A DNA stretch of 64,000 nt, taken from contig JBAZJK010000001.1 in assembly GCA_041651355.1 (NCBI GenBank), positions 817,489 through 881,488 on the forward strand, read 5' to 3'. Within the stretch, counting starts at the first letter, position 1; every line of letters starts with the position of its first letter. The notes beneath the pieces were generated by a model that had not been told where the DNA came from, made no database searches, and saw only the letters and a program-made list of their open reading frames with translations. Positions 45,381-54,250 of this stretch are shown one piece after another. The translations under genes and the position numbers were made by a program. The DNA is from Patescibacteria group bacterium. GTDB taxonomy: Bacteria > Patescibacteriota > Patescibacteriia > Patescibacteriales > UBA12465.

Positions 45381-45840
45381 TTTTGATTATGAACTTCTCG
45401 ATAAATATGAGGCTGGCTTAGTTTTGTTCGGCCACGAAGTTAAAAGTGCCCGTGATGGGCAGATTAATTTAAGCGGCAGCTATATAAGTATCCGCGGAGC
45501 TAAAAATAAGCGTCCGCAACTATATCTAGTGAACGCTAACTTCAGTCTCTATAAGATGGCTAAAAGCATCAAGGACTATAATCCCAGCCGTGATCGCCAG
45601 CTATTATTACACAAAAAAGAGATAGATAGTTTGTTAGGCAAGAAGCAGCAGACAGGCTTGACATTAATCCCGCTAAAAATATATACTAATCATAGTTTTA
45701 TCAAGTTGGAATTCGCTTTGGCGCGCGGAAAGAAGAAATTTGATAAGCGAGAAAGTATTAAGAAAAGAGAACTAGACCGGCGCCTCCGGACCTTAACAAA
45801 GAGAAAAACTGTGCCAGGGGATGACAGGAATCGACAGTAA
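45349..45840 (+). CDS. smpB: SsrA-binding protein SmpB
   Basis: NKKASFDYELLDKYEAGLVL, LLLHKKEI, basic C-terminal tail. Overlaps tig by 32 nt, and its last 24 nt overlap ssrA. Confidence 0.93.
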   Translation: MPTLAINKKASFDYELLDKYEAGLVLFGHEVKSARDGQINLSGSYISIRGAKNKRPQLYLVNANFSLYKMAKSIKDYNPSRDRQLLLHKKEIDSLLGKKQQTGLTLIPLKIYTNHSFIKLEFALARGKKKFDKRESIKKRELDRRLRTLTKRKTVPGDDRNRQ

Positions 45841-46203
45841 GATTTTTTCTAAATATTCAAGGCGTGTTTTAGTTAGAACGTAAAAATAACTTACAAAAAT
45901 ACAAATGCCAAAAAAATGGCAAGAGCGTTTACTTGGAATGTTCCAAGTTTCGCTCCAGTTATGGCCTAACAAAAATCGGCTGTAACCATCGGCCCGTCTA
46001 GGTTCCATAAGCGGCCACCGGTGTTATTCATGGAACTAGATCTGGATTCTTCTCTAAGATCCAAGTCGAAATCAAATGGAGATAGCTTTATCCGCTTTTG
46101 TCCGGCTTAATATGGGTAAAGTGAAAATCAACTAAACCGGTCTAATCTTGTAAATGTATTTAGGAAAACTTATTGGACATGGGTTCAAGTCCCATCATCT
46201 CCA
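45817..46203 (+). ncRNA. ssrA: tmRNA (ssrA)
   Basis: 5' GGGGATGACAGGAATCGAC and 3' GGACATGGGTTCAAGTCCCATCATCTCCA form a tRNA-Ala-like acceptor with G3:U70 and a T-arm. The internal tag frame ends ...GCT CCA GTT ATG GCC TAA (about 45929-45949). Confidence 0.85.
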
Positions 46204-46214
46204 CTAATGTTAAG

Positions 46215-46298
46215 GCCGCGGTGGCGGAACTGGTAGACGCGCTGGACTTAAAATCCAGTTGTAGCAATACAGTGAGGGTTCGATTCCCTCCCGCGGCA
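46215..46298 (+). tRNA. tRNA-Leu (anticodon TAA)
   Basis: Acceptor GCCGCGG/CCGCGGC, anticodon stem CTGGA/TCCAG with loop CTTAAAA, long variable arm. Confidence 0.85.
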
Positions 46299-46305
46299 CG
46301 TTTAT

Positions 46306-46380
46306 GCGGGTATCGTATAGTGGCTATTATGCGACCTTGCCAAGGTCGAGAGGGGGGTTCAATTCCCCCTACCCGCTCCA
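46306..46380 (+). tRNA. tRNA-Gly (anticodon GCC), CCA encoded
   Basis: Acceptor GCGGGTA/TACCCGC, anticodon stem CGACC/GGTCG with loop TTGCCAA. Followed by T and CCA. Confidence 0.85.
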
Positions 46381-46409
46381 TTTACGGGGGTTTATAACCC
46401 CCAGATTAC

Positions 46410-46439
46410 AAAAACCCTCGTAATGAGGGTTTTTGTTTT
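46410..46439 (+). terminator. intrinsic terminator of the smpB-ssrA-tRNA unit
   Basis: AAAAACCCTC-gtaat-GAGGGTTTTT followed by GTTTT. Preceded by a second hairpin GGGGG/CCCCC (46386-46402). Confidence 0.8.
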
Positions 46440-46448
46440 ATAAACTTT

Positions 46449-46964
46449 ATGGATTTGAGAGAAGGCAAAAAACAATCAGAGAAGGAGTGTGTCGAACGTT
46501 TTTTATTTGGGGAGGACTATCTCAAAATGGAACAAAATAATTGTTTGGATAAAAAAGGAGTAGATGTATTAGTTCATATCAATAATAAAGAATTTAAAAA
46601 ATTCCAGATAGTTAATGCAGACAAAAACCAGGCCGGTAAGATTGGAGTCTACAGCGCAGAAAGAAGAAAACACAGAAGAAAAATAGTTTTATTTGCACGG
46701 AGCAATAAAACTATTTTTAAAAAGTTTGATAATGAGGTTGAGACTACATGTGCCGATGTTGTTTGTTCTATAAGAGAAAAAATTGAAAAGTATAGACAAC
46801 AAAATAAAGATATAAACGATATTGTTTTGTTGGCTGATGACGCAGGAGATATACCCGCTAGCATCTTGAGCCAAATGAAAGCTGATAATCTTTGTTTGCT
46901 GGAAGGCTCCGGCTTTAAAGAAATTTGGTATGTTGGAATGAATAGCAAATTTAAACTTTATTAA
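46449..46964 (+). CDS. hypothetical protein (possible PD-(D/E)xK-like core)
   Basis: 171 aa, K/E/N-rich. The GVDVLVHINNKEFKKFQIV spacing (D ... E-x-K) is compatible with a restriction-endonuclease-like fold, but that is only a pattern match. Confidence 0.45.
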   Translation: MDLREGKKQSEKECVERFLFGEDYLKMEQNNCLDKKGVDVLVHINNKEFKKFQIVNADKNQAGKIGVYSAERRKHRRKIVLFARSNKTIFKKFDNEVETTCADVVCSIREKIEKYRQQNKDINDIVLLADDAGDIPASILSQMKADNLCLLEGSGFKEIWYVGMNSKFKLY

Positions 46965-47047
46965 TTTATAACCAAACTGTAAAATAGGGCTACACAAAAA
47001 CAATCTCTCTAGATGTGCTATAATTCAAATATAAAGATTTTAAATAT

Positions 47048-47677
47048 ATGATTAGAAGGATTTTTTTAACTTCTAGCGTTAAGTTAATCGCTCAAGATAT
47101 AGCTAAAAAAATTGGTGGGGCAAAAGGTAAGCGCTTGCTCTATATCTATACCGCTTGTGAGCTAAAGTTGGGTGAAGCTTGGCAGAAAGCAGACAAAGAT
47201 GCTTTAACTAAGGCCGGCTTTAAAATCACTGACTATACATTAAGCGGTAAAACAAAACAGGAAATAGCAAAAGAAATTAAAAAAGTCGACGTCATTTATT
47301 TTACCGGTGGTAACACTTTTTATCTTCTCCAACAGATACAACTCAGCCAATCAGCTGATTTATTTAGGAAGGCGGTTAAATCCGGCAAGATTTATATCAG
47401 TACCAGCGCCGGCTCTATCGTGGCTGGTCCTGATATTTATCCCACCTATAAACTCGATAATTTGAAACAGGCACCTAAACTTAAAGGCTACAAAGGCTTG
47501 GGCTTGGTGGATTTTGTTGTTTTCCCTCATTGGGGTAGCAAACATTTTAAGGAAAGGTATCTTAACCATAGATTAGCCCATAACTACAACACTAAGAATA
47601 AGCTTATACTCTTAAATGACTACCAATATATCCAAGTGGAGTCCGATTGGTATAGAATCGTAGAGGTAAAACATTAA
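47048..47677 (+). CDS. peptidase S51 (dipeptidase E-like) family protein
   Basis: VIYFTGGNTFYLLQ and ISTSAGSIVAG (nucleophile Ser) motifs. Confidence 0.8.
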   Translation: MIRRIFLTSSVKLIAQDIAKKIGGAKGKRLLYIYTACELKLGEAWQKADKDALTKAGFKITDYTLSGKTKQEIAKEIKKVDVIYFTGGNTFYLLQQIQLSQSADLFRKAVKSGKIYISTSAGSIVAGPDIYPTYKLDNLKQAPKLKGYKGLGLVDFVVFPHWGSKHFKERYLNHRLAHNYNTKNKLILLNDYQYIQVESDWYRIVEVKH

Positions 47678-47709
47678 TTTGGGTAAGAAAAAATTAGCTA
47701 AGTTACAAG

Positions 47710-47732
47710 AATGGCCGGTTAAGGCCGTTTTT
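47710..47732 (+). terminator. intrinsic terminator
   Basis: AATGGCC-ggttaa-GGCCGTT followed by TTT. Confidence 0.65.
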
Positions 47733-47751
47733 GCTTAGAAGTTAGTGGTTA

Positions 47752-47780
47752 TTGACAATAATATTTTTATATGTTATTAT
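47752..47780 (+). promoter_or_regulatory. sigma70-like promoter (TTGACA-17-TATTAT)
   Basis: Consensus -35 with exact 17-nt spacer. Followed by an ~80-nt AT-rich leader before ATG 47860. Confidence 0.55.
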
Positions 47781-47859
47781 AGTTTATCTTAGATCTTTTT
47801 ATCCAAAATAAGCAAAATAAACACTTAAAATAAACACATAAAAAACAAACCAGTAGAAA

Positions 47860-48321
47860 ATGGAAGTAGCAGCAGAAATCAGTAAAGCCGTCTATGAAAC
47901 GGTCGTAACCAGGGAGAGAACAGTGGTTTTCATCCCAAAAAATGTTGAAGTAATCAACGAGCACACCTATGGGGATCCTCCCTACAAAGTTCCCCGGCAC
48001 TACCACCGTGGTATCGCCACCTTCGGAGTCAACGAGGCCGGCGTACCGATATATGTTAATGTTCATTATTTCGGCTTTAACGTTAAGCATCTGGGGAAAA
48101 ACGTCTCAGCGACGGTTTCCGTTAAGATCAAAAGCAAAGCCGGTAAAAAGTACGTTATCATTGATGTCAATCGTGACCAGAAAAAGGAAAATGACCGGGG
48201 GCAGTGGCTCCTGAAAATCGGTGTTGACACCGAAGGTGTCACCTCGGACAACATTGAGGAAACTGCCCCGGTCGTTATCCCGGGAACCGACAAGTGTGTC
48301 ATGTTTAAGAGGATTAAGTAA
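47860..48321 (+). CDS. hypothetical protein, GC-richer than flanks
   Basis: 153 aa, beta-rich, no signal peptide, no family I recognise. The stretch is stop-poor in four frames (ORFs 47767-48090 minus, 47969-48214 plus, 48066-48302 minus). Confidence 0.55.
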   Translation: MEVAAEISKAVYETVVTRERTVVFIPKNVEVINEHTYGDPPYKVPRHYHRGIATFGVNEAGVPIYVNVHYFGFNVKHLGKNVSATVSVKIKSKAGKKYVIIDVNRDQKKENDRGQWLLKIGVDTEGVTSDNIEETAPVVIPGTDKCVMFKRIK

Positions 48322-48340
48322 TCCTCAAAAGCTCTTTCAA

Positions 48341-48368
48341 AAGGGCCTGTCTAAAAGCAGGCCTTTTT
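48341..48368 (+). terminator. intrinsic terminator
   Basis: GGCCTG-tctaaaag-CAGGCC followed by TTTTT. Confidence 0.75.
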
Positions 48369-48409
48369 GTTTGACTATTTCTTAATTTTACGATAAATTA
48401 GTATTACAT

Positions 48410-48964
48410 ATGCGTATAAAATTCCATCGGCTTGAAGCCAAAGAAAAGAAGTTTTTCAAAGCAAACAAGGACATCCATTCGCCTCGTGTTTTTTTAATTG
48501 ATGAGAATGGCGAAAATGTTGGCATCATTGATACGAGCGAGGCTTTAGAAAGGGCTCAAGAGCTTGATATGGATTTGGTCGAAGTTAACCCGAAAGCCGA
48601 CCCTCCAGTAGCTAAAATCCTAGATTTGGGACAATTTCGTTATGAGATGGAGAAAAAAGCCCACAAACAGAAAATCCAGCAAAAAAAGGTGGAAACCAAG
48701 AATATCCGTTTATCAGTCAGGATCAGCGAACATGATTTTAATTTTCGTATAAACCAGGCAGAAAAGTTTTTAAGTAAAGAAAATAAGCTAAAATTAGAGC
48801 TAAATCTTAAGGGGCGCGAGAAACAGTATCCAGAAAAAGCGGCTGAGACCATTAACGAATTCGTTAATAAGCTTAAGGAAAAATCTTCTTTAAATATCGA
48901 GGTAGAGCAAGGCTTGACAAAACAAGGGGGAAGGTTTACTATTTTATTAATCAATAAGAAATAA
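48410..48964 (+). CDS. infC: translation initiation factor IF-3
   Basis: VFLIDENGENVGIIDTSEALERAQELDMDLVEV and the C-terminal domain. The ATG start is taken from the ORF track. Confidence 0.93.
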   Translation: MRIKFHRLEAKEKKFFKANKDIHSPRVFLIDENGENVGIIDTSEALERAQELDMDLVEVNPKADPPVAKILDLGQFRYEMEKKAHKQKIQQKKVETKNIRLSVRISEHDFNFRINQAEKFLSKENKLKLELNLKGREKQYPEKAAETINEFVNKLKEKSSLNIEVEQGLTKQGGRFTILLINKK

Positions 48965-48977
48965 TTAGCTTCAAAAT

Positions 48978-48999
48978 CAGGTGATTTGCCTGTTTTTTT
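48978..48999 (+). terminator. weak hairpin plus T7 run between infC and rpmI (possible attenuator)
   Basis: CAGGTG-att-TGCCTG (two G-U pairs) followed by TTTTTTT. Confidence 0.3.
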
Positions 49000-49012
49000 A
49001 ATCATTTGACGT

Positions 49013-49210
49013 ATGCCAAAGATCAAGACCCACCAAGCAACCGTGAAGAGATTTCGGGTAACTGCTAAGAAAAAGATTAAACACCGCAAAGGCGGCCAGG
49101 ATCATTTTAATTCCCGAGAAAGCGGCAAGACTAAGCGTATTAAACGCTTGGATATTAGCGCTACTAAGACTTTGGTGAAAACCATTAAAACCTTAACCCC
49201 TTATAACTAA
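49013..49210 (+). CDS. rpmI: 50S ribosomal protein L35
   Basis: MPKIKTHQATVKRFRVTAKKKIKHRK. Confidence 0.95.
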   Translation: MPKIKTHQATVKRFRVTAKKKIKHRKGGQDHFNSRESGKTKRIKRLDISATKTLVKTIKTLTPYN

Positions 49211-49215
49211 AAAAT

Positions 49216-49563
49216 ATGCCTAGAGTAAAACGTGGAACCACTCATGTAAAAAAACGCCGTAAACTTTTAAAACAGGTCAAAGGCTTTAAATGGGGACGCA
49301 AGAAATTAGTTAAATTAGCTAAGACGGCTCGCACTAAAGCCGGTGCTCATTCTTACGTTGACCGTCGCAAAAAGAAAAGAACCATGCGCGGCCTGTGGCA
49401 GATAAAGATAAACGCCTTTGTTCGCGAGCATGATTTGTCATATTCTAAATTCATTAAACTCTTGAAAGATAATAAGATTGAAATCGATCGCAAGATCTTA
49501 GCCGATTTAGCCGTAAATAATAAGACGGTTTTAGCAAATTTGATTAAGCAAATCAAAAAATAA
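49216..49563 (+). CDS. rplT: 50S ribosomal protein L20
   Basis: MPRVKRGTTHVKKRRKLLKQVKGF... Confidence 0.96.
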   Translation: MPRVKRGTTHVKKRRKLLKQVKGFKWGRKKLVKLAKTARTKAGAHSYVDRRKKKRTMRGLWQIKINAFVREHDLSYSKFIKLLKDNKIEIDRKILADLAVNNKTVLANLIKQIKK

Positions 49564-49568
49564 TTCAT

Positions 49569-49781
49569 ATGTTTTGGATAAAAATCGCCCAAATCGTTAT
49601 TTCTGTTCTCTTGATCATCTCTATTTTGTTGCAAAATCGAGGCACTGGTTTGGGTAGCGCTTTTGGCGGGTCTAGTGGAGTTTATTTAACCAAGCGCGGT
49701 GTAGAAAAAAAATTATTCATCGCTACTATTATTTTAGCGGTTCTCTTTTTCCTAGTCTCTTTTGCTAGTCTTATTCTTTAA
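49569..49781 (+). CDS. secG: preprotein translocase subunit SecG
   Basis: 70 aa, two TM segments, LLQNRGTGLGSAFGG motif. Confidence 0.8.
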   Translation: MFWIKIAQIVISVLLIISILLQNRGTGLGSAFGGSSGVYLTKRGVEKKLFIATIILAVLFFLVSFASLIL

Positions 49782-49822
49782 GACCCAGCGGAGACGGGCT
49801 TCTTTCTTCTTAAAATATTTTT

Positions 49823-51676
49823 GTGTCTCCTCTCTTAAATAAAACTATTTCTAATTCCAGAAAGTTGTTGAAACGTTTCCCGTCTTTTTTTTGGCGGCTT
49901 TTGGGACGTCGAAAAAGCCCAGAGTTGCCTATTGAAATCAATCAGCAGCTAGTTTATACCTTGGCGCCGAGCAAGATTCCGAACCAACGCCAGCTTCAAC
50001 ATCTGAAGAAATTTTTAAATCCTAAGGAGAATCTGATTATCAAGATTTGTGTTTTAGTTATCTTGATAAATGCTATTTTTTTAGCTTGGCGTTTTTATAA
50101 TAAGCACCTCGTTTTAAGTCCGGCCAGTGGCGGCGAGTATAGCGAAGGCGTGGTTGGTTATCCTAAGACCATAAATCCTCTCTATGCCTCTAATCGGGAT
50201 GTTGACAGCGACCTGAGCTATTTAATTTATTCCCGTTTGTTTAGTTATGACAGCCAGGGCAGATTAAGGCCTGATTTAGCTGCTAATATGGAGCTGAGCC
50301 CAGACGGGAAAGAGTATACGGTTAAGCTTAAGGAGGGGGTAAAATGGCACGACCATGAATCTCTGGACGCCGATGATGTTATTTTTACTTTCGCTCTAAT
50401 CCAAGATCCGGAATTCCGTTCTGCTCTCAGGTCTAGTCTTGATGGCGTCAGTATTGAAAAAATAGACGACTTAACCGTCAAATTCATCTTACCTCAGTCT
50501 TATGCTGCTTTTGCTAACTCTCTAACCTTCGGAATTTTACCGGAACATGTCTGGTCTAATGTCGGACCCTCGGCGGCCACCGTTTCTGAATTAAATTTGA
50601 AGCCGATCGGCTCTGGACCTTTCAAATTCCAATCTTTAAGTAAGAATAAGAACGGCCGGATTAAGGAATACCGCCTAGAGAGAAATGATGATTATTACGA
50701 TCGGCCGCCTTACTTGGAAAATATCGTCTTTGAGTTTTTTCCTGATATAAATGAGTTGGTGAGCGCTTTTAATGATGGCCAGGTCGACGGCTTAAGCTAT
50801 ATTCCTCTAGAATTTAGAAAAGAATTGTTGGCTCAGAATTCTTTGGTTTTCCATGAGCTTAAATTACCTAAGATCAAAGCGATTTTCCTGAATCAGGCCC
50901 AGAATAAATCTTTAGCTAATGCCAAGATCCGCCAGGCTTTGTTGCAAGGAATAGATCGCCAGGCTTTAATTAGTGATATTTTTGGGGACTCCGCTTGGGT
51001 TCTAAACGGCCCGATCCCGGTTTCTAGCCCTTTTTATAAGCCTGATTTAAACGTGCCAGAATATAATTCCGAGACAGCGGCTAATTTATTGAAAGAAGCT
51101 TTAACCGTAACTACAGTCAGCGGCCGTGGTGCCAAAAAAACCAGTAGCACCGAGGTCGGTAGTTTGGAATTAAAACTCAGTGCAGTCGATACCAGCGAGA
51201 ATCAATTAGTCGCTCAAAAGATTAAATCCGATTGGGAGAAAATCGGCGTTAAGGTTGCTTTAGAATTCGTCTCTCCTGAGGCGGTAAGTAGCGAGCTTAT
51301 CCGTGATAAGAATTATCAGGCTCTTCTTTATGGAGAGCAGACGGGCGCTGATCCGGATATCTATGCTTTCTGGCATTCTTCTCAGGCGGGAGATAAGGGT
51401 CTTAACCTGGCCAACTATAATTCATCTGAGGCAGATAAGATTTTAGAGAGTGGCCGAGCTAATTTAGATTATGATAGCCGTTTAGCTCAATACCGCAAAC
51501 TGCAGGAATTAATCGTTAGCGATATTCCGGCCATATTTTTATACAATCCCGGGTATTCTTATGTTCATACCAAGAAGCTCAAGGGCTTCCAGGGTGAGGC
51601 CATCGTCGACCCCGCTGATCGTTTCTCTTCAATCGATGATTGGTATTTAAAAACCAAGAAAAAACTAGTCTGGTAG
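49823..51676 (+). CDS. family 5 ABC-type (peptide/nickel) substrate-binding protein, N-terminally membrane-anchored
   Basis: GTG start. Basic N-terminus plus one TM segment, then an SBP_bac_5-like body (YPKTINPLYA, VKWHDHESLDADDVIFTF, IGSGPFKF). No permease or ATPase genes adjacent. Confidence 0.75.
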   Translation: MSPLLNKTISNSRKLLKRFPSFFWRLLGRRKSPELPIEINQQLVYTLAPSKIPNQRQLQHLKKFLNPKENLIIKICVLVILINAIFLAWRFYNKHLVLSPASGGEYSEGVVGYPKTINPLYASNRDVDSDLSYLIYSRLFSYDSQGRLRPDLAANMELSPDGKEYTVKLKEGVKWHDHESLDADDVIFTFALIQDPEFRSALRSSLDGVSIEKIDDLTVKFILPQSYAAFANSLTFGILPEHVWSNVGPSAATVSELNLKPIGSGPFKFQSLSKNKNGRIKEYRLERNDDYYDRPPYLENIVFEFFPDINELVSAFNDGQVDGLSYIPLEFRKELLAQNSLVFHELKLPKIKAIFLNQAQNKSLANAKIRQALLQGIDRQALISDIFGDSAWVLNGPIPVSSPFYKPDLNVPEYNSETAANLLKEALTVTTVSGRGAKKTSSTEVGSLELKLSAVDTSENQLVAQKIKSDWEKIGVKVALEFVSPEAVSSELIRDKNYQALLYGEQTGADPDIYAFWHSSQAGDKGLNLANYNSSEADKILESGRANLDYDSRLAQYRKLQELIVSDIPAIFLYNPGYSYVHTKKLKGFQGEAIVDPADRFSSIDDWYLKTKKKLVW

Positions 51677-51794
51677 CTAACCAGAATATTTCATATTTTT
51701 GAAATTTTTACTCTAACAATTTAAATTAAACAAGAGAATTTTTTATAGCTCTGGTAGTGTCCAGTTTTGGCTATTCTTAAATTCTATTTTTCTC

Positions 51795-53654
51795 ATGATT
51801 AACAAAAAAAGCAATTTCCCCGGTCGTCGTGGTTTTTCAGTGTATAAACCAGCGACCAGCGGCACGACTAAAACCAGCGGCTTAGCTGGTGATGACCAAA
51901 AACTGCCGACAGCACCGAAGCGCTATCCAACCAATCGTTTCAAGAACGTTTCGAACCAATTCAAACCCCAAGGCTCGGGTGAAAAACTACGCGTCATGTG
52001 TTTAGGCGGCTTGGAAGAGGTCGGACGCAACATGACAGTAATTGAATATAACAAAGAAATAATCATCATTGACATGGGCTTGCAATTCCCCGAAGAAGAT
52101 ATGCCCGGCATTGATTATATCATCCCCAATGTTTCCTATCTGAAGGATAAGAAAGACTGGATCCGGGGCGTAATTATTTCCCACGGCCATTATGATCATA
52201 TCGGAGGCATCCCCCATATAATGGGGGAGATCGGTAATCCGCCCATGTTTATGGGCAAGATGACGGCTGGCCTAGTACGCAAGCGCCACCAGGAATATAA
52301 GACGGCGCCAACTTTAAAGATAAAAGAAATCGATGATTCTACAAGGATTAAATTAGGAGCCAGCTTCGACTTAGAGTTCCTGCGCGTTAATCACTCCATA
52401 CCGGATTGTTTTGCCACCATCATCCATACCCCGGTTGGCACAGTCGTCCATACTGGCGATTTCAAAATTGATTTTACGCCAGTCAATGATAAGCCAGCTG
52501 ACTTGAACCGCATGGCACAACTAGGCGCTCAAGGTGTCAGATTATTGATGTCTGATTCTACCGATGCTACTCATCCCGGTTATCAAGTATCAGAATCATA
52601 TATCGGCGAAGAGATGGGTAAGATTTTCGAAAAGATTGATGGTCGGATTATTATCGGCACCTTTGCTTCTCAGTTGAGTCGCGTACAGAAGATCCTGGAT
52701 TTAGCTGCCCGCTTTGGCCGCCGAGTCAGTTTGCAGGGACGGAGCATGAATTCTAACGTTGAAGTGGCCCATCAGATAGGCTACCTTAAATTCAACCCCA
52801 AAATCTTGGTTGATGATAAAGAAGTTAATAAGCTGCCGGACAATAAAGTGATTATCATCGGTACTGGAGCCCAAGGAGAGAGTAATGCTTTCTTAAATAG
52901 GGTCGTGACTGGCGAACATCGCGCTATCAGCCTTAAAAAGGGAGACACGGTCCTTTTTTCTTCCTCGGTTATCCCTGGCAATGAGCGCAGTATTCAAAAT
53001 CTAATGGATCAAGTCGTCCGCCAAGGAGCCAAGATCATCCATTATAAAATGTTAGATATCCATGCTGGCGGCCACGCTAAGCAGGAAGACTTGAAATTGA
53101 CCATGCGCCTATTGAAGCCGGAATTTTTTATGCCCATCGAGGCCAATCACTATATGCTTCAGGCCCATGCTGATCTAGCTGAGCAGGTCGGGATCCCTAA
53201 AGATAAGATCTTTGTGGCTGATAACGGCCAAGTGATTGAATTAAAGAAAATTGATAATAAGGTTGTGGGTTCCTTAACGAAAGAAAAAGTAATCACCGAT
53301 TACGTCTTCGTCGATGGTTTAGGTGTGGGAGATGTTTCCGATATTGTCTTGCGTGATCGTTTGATGATGTCGGCTGACGGCATGATTGTTATTATTGCCA
53401 CGATTGACTCTCACACGGGTGATATTATCGGCAATCCCGATATCATTTCTCGAGGCTTCGTTTACATGAAGGAGAACAGGGACTTAATTGAAAAAACTAG
53501 GATGAGAGTGAAAAAGATCGTGAAAGACAAGAACCCGATGACGGCGGCTGATGATGATTATATAAAGAATAAGATCAGAAATGATATTGGCCAGTTCTTG
53601 TTTAACTCCACTAAAAGAAGGCCGATGGTTTTGCCGGTGGTTATAAAAGTATAA
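51795..53654 (+). CDS. rnj: ribonuclease J
   Basis: Metallo-beta-lactamase HGHYDHIGG, beta-CASP, C-terminal domain. About 60 aa of basic, low-complexity N-terminal extension. Confidence 0.93.
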   Translation: MINKKSNFPGRRGFSVYKPATSGTTKTSGLAGDDQKLPTAPKRYPTNRFKNVSNQFKPQGSGEKLRVMCLGGLEEVGRNMTVIEYNKEIIIIDMGLQFPEEDMPGIDYIIPNVSYLKDKKDWIRGVIISHGHYDHIGGIPHIMGEIGNPPMFMGKMTAGLVRKRHQEYKTAPTLKIKEIDDSTRIKLGASFDLEFLRVNHSIPDCFATIIHTPVGTVVHTGDFKIDFTPVNDKPADLNRMAQLGAQGVRLLMSDSTDATHPGYQVSESYIGEEMGKIFEKIDGRIIIGTFASQLSRVQKILDLAARFGRRVSLQGRSMNSNVEVAHQIGYLKFNPKILVDDKEVNKLPDNKVIIIGTGAQGESNAFLNRVVTGEHRAISLKKGDTVLFSSSVIPGNERSIQNLMDQVVRQGAKIIHYKMLDIHAGGHAKQEDLKLTMRLLKPEFFMPIEANHYMLQAHADLAEQVGIPKDKIFVADNGQVIELKKIDNKVVGSLTKEKVITDYVFVDGLGVGDVSDIVLRDRLMMSADGMIVIIATIDSHTGDIIGNPDIISRGFVYMKENRDLIEKTRMRVKKIVKDKNPMTAADDDYIKNKIRNDIGQFLFNSTKRRPMVLPVVIKV

Positions 53655-53672
53655 TAATTACTAATATTAAAC

Positions 53673-53701
53673 AAAAATCCTTTAAATCAAAGGATTTTTT
53701 G
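53673..53701 (+). terminator. intrinsic terminator
   Basis: AAAAATCCTTT-aaatc-AAAGGATTTTT followed by TG. Confidence 0.8.
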
Positions 53702-53729
53702 TTTATTTAGCCAATTGTGCATAAAAGAC

Positions 53730-53758
53730 TTGACTTTTTTTTCTTTGTGTGTTATGAT
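53730..53758 (+). promoter_or_regulatory. sigma70-like promoter (TTGACT-17-TATGAT)
   Basis: CTTGACTTTTTT core nearly identical to the promoter at 54290. Followed by a ~65-nt AT-rich leader. Confidence 0.5.
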
Positions 53759-53827
53759 GATAAATCGTCTATTATTAGATGTAATTGATCTTTCAAATCA
53801 TATTCACCAAAAATAAATCCATGTATC

Positions 53828-54223
53828 ATGAAAACCAAGGCCAAACCGCAGAACAAGACTGATTGCCCTACAGGCAGCCCCTATTACCGCGCTATTGCGG
53901 ACCTGAAAACATCCCCGGCATACTCGGAAGAAGAAGGGCAAATATTAGCCAGAATTCTTTTCATTCTGATGGAAAGTCCATCAAGGATGAGAACATTCTG
54001 GGCTGATACTCCAACCCACCTCCGTGACTACGGCCCTCTCCGCGACCAGTTTATCCTGGCTAACAGGATGAACCGGATGATTCCGGCGAGCCTCACTCAA
54101 TCGGATGTTGCCATGAGGGTAGCTGAACCTGAATTTAAAGTCAGATTCGATCTGGCAGAAATGAAAGGTGAATCCCGCGTGGTTTGCTACAATTATGTAG
54201 CTATGCCCGGTATCCCGAGGTAA
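53828..54223 (+). CDS. hypothetical protein, about 50% GC
   Basis: 131 aa. My hand count of the first 120 nt gives 60 G+C. It has its own promoter and terminator. I recognise no family. Confidence 0.55.
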   Translation: MKTKAKPQNKTDCPTGSPYYRAIADLKTSPAYSEEEGQILARILFILMESPSRMRTFWADTPTHLRDYGPLRDQFILANRMNRMIPASLTQSDVAMRVAEPEFKVRFDLAEMKGESRVVCYNYVAMPGIPR

Positions 54224-54250
54224 AGCCGCCGCAATCTAATTTTTGAAGTA

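Noticed and set aside
45793-46397. Track ORFs 45793-46008(-), 46160-46381(-) and 46173-46397(+)
   Set aside because: They run through the tmRNA and the tRNA-Leu/tRNA-Gly genes, so the RNA genes explain the sequence.
46381-48409. Search for att-type direct repeats of the tRNA-Gly(GCC) or tmRNA 3' end bounding the islet
   Set aside because: I found no copy of GGTTCAATTCCCCCTACCCGC, or of 12-mers or longer from it, downstream by eye. There is no integrase or recombinase, so a recent mobile element is not supported.
48410-48430. Expected non-canonical (AUU/AUA) start codon of infC used for autoregulation
   Set aside because: The ORF opens with a normal ATG giving a plausible IF-3 N-terminus. 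I cannot show from sequence alone that a downstream ATA/ATT is used instead.
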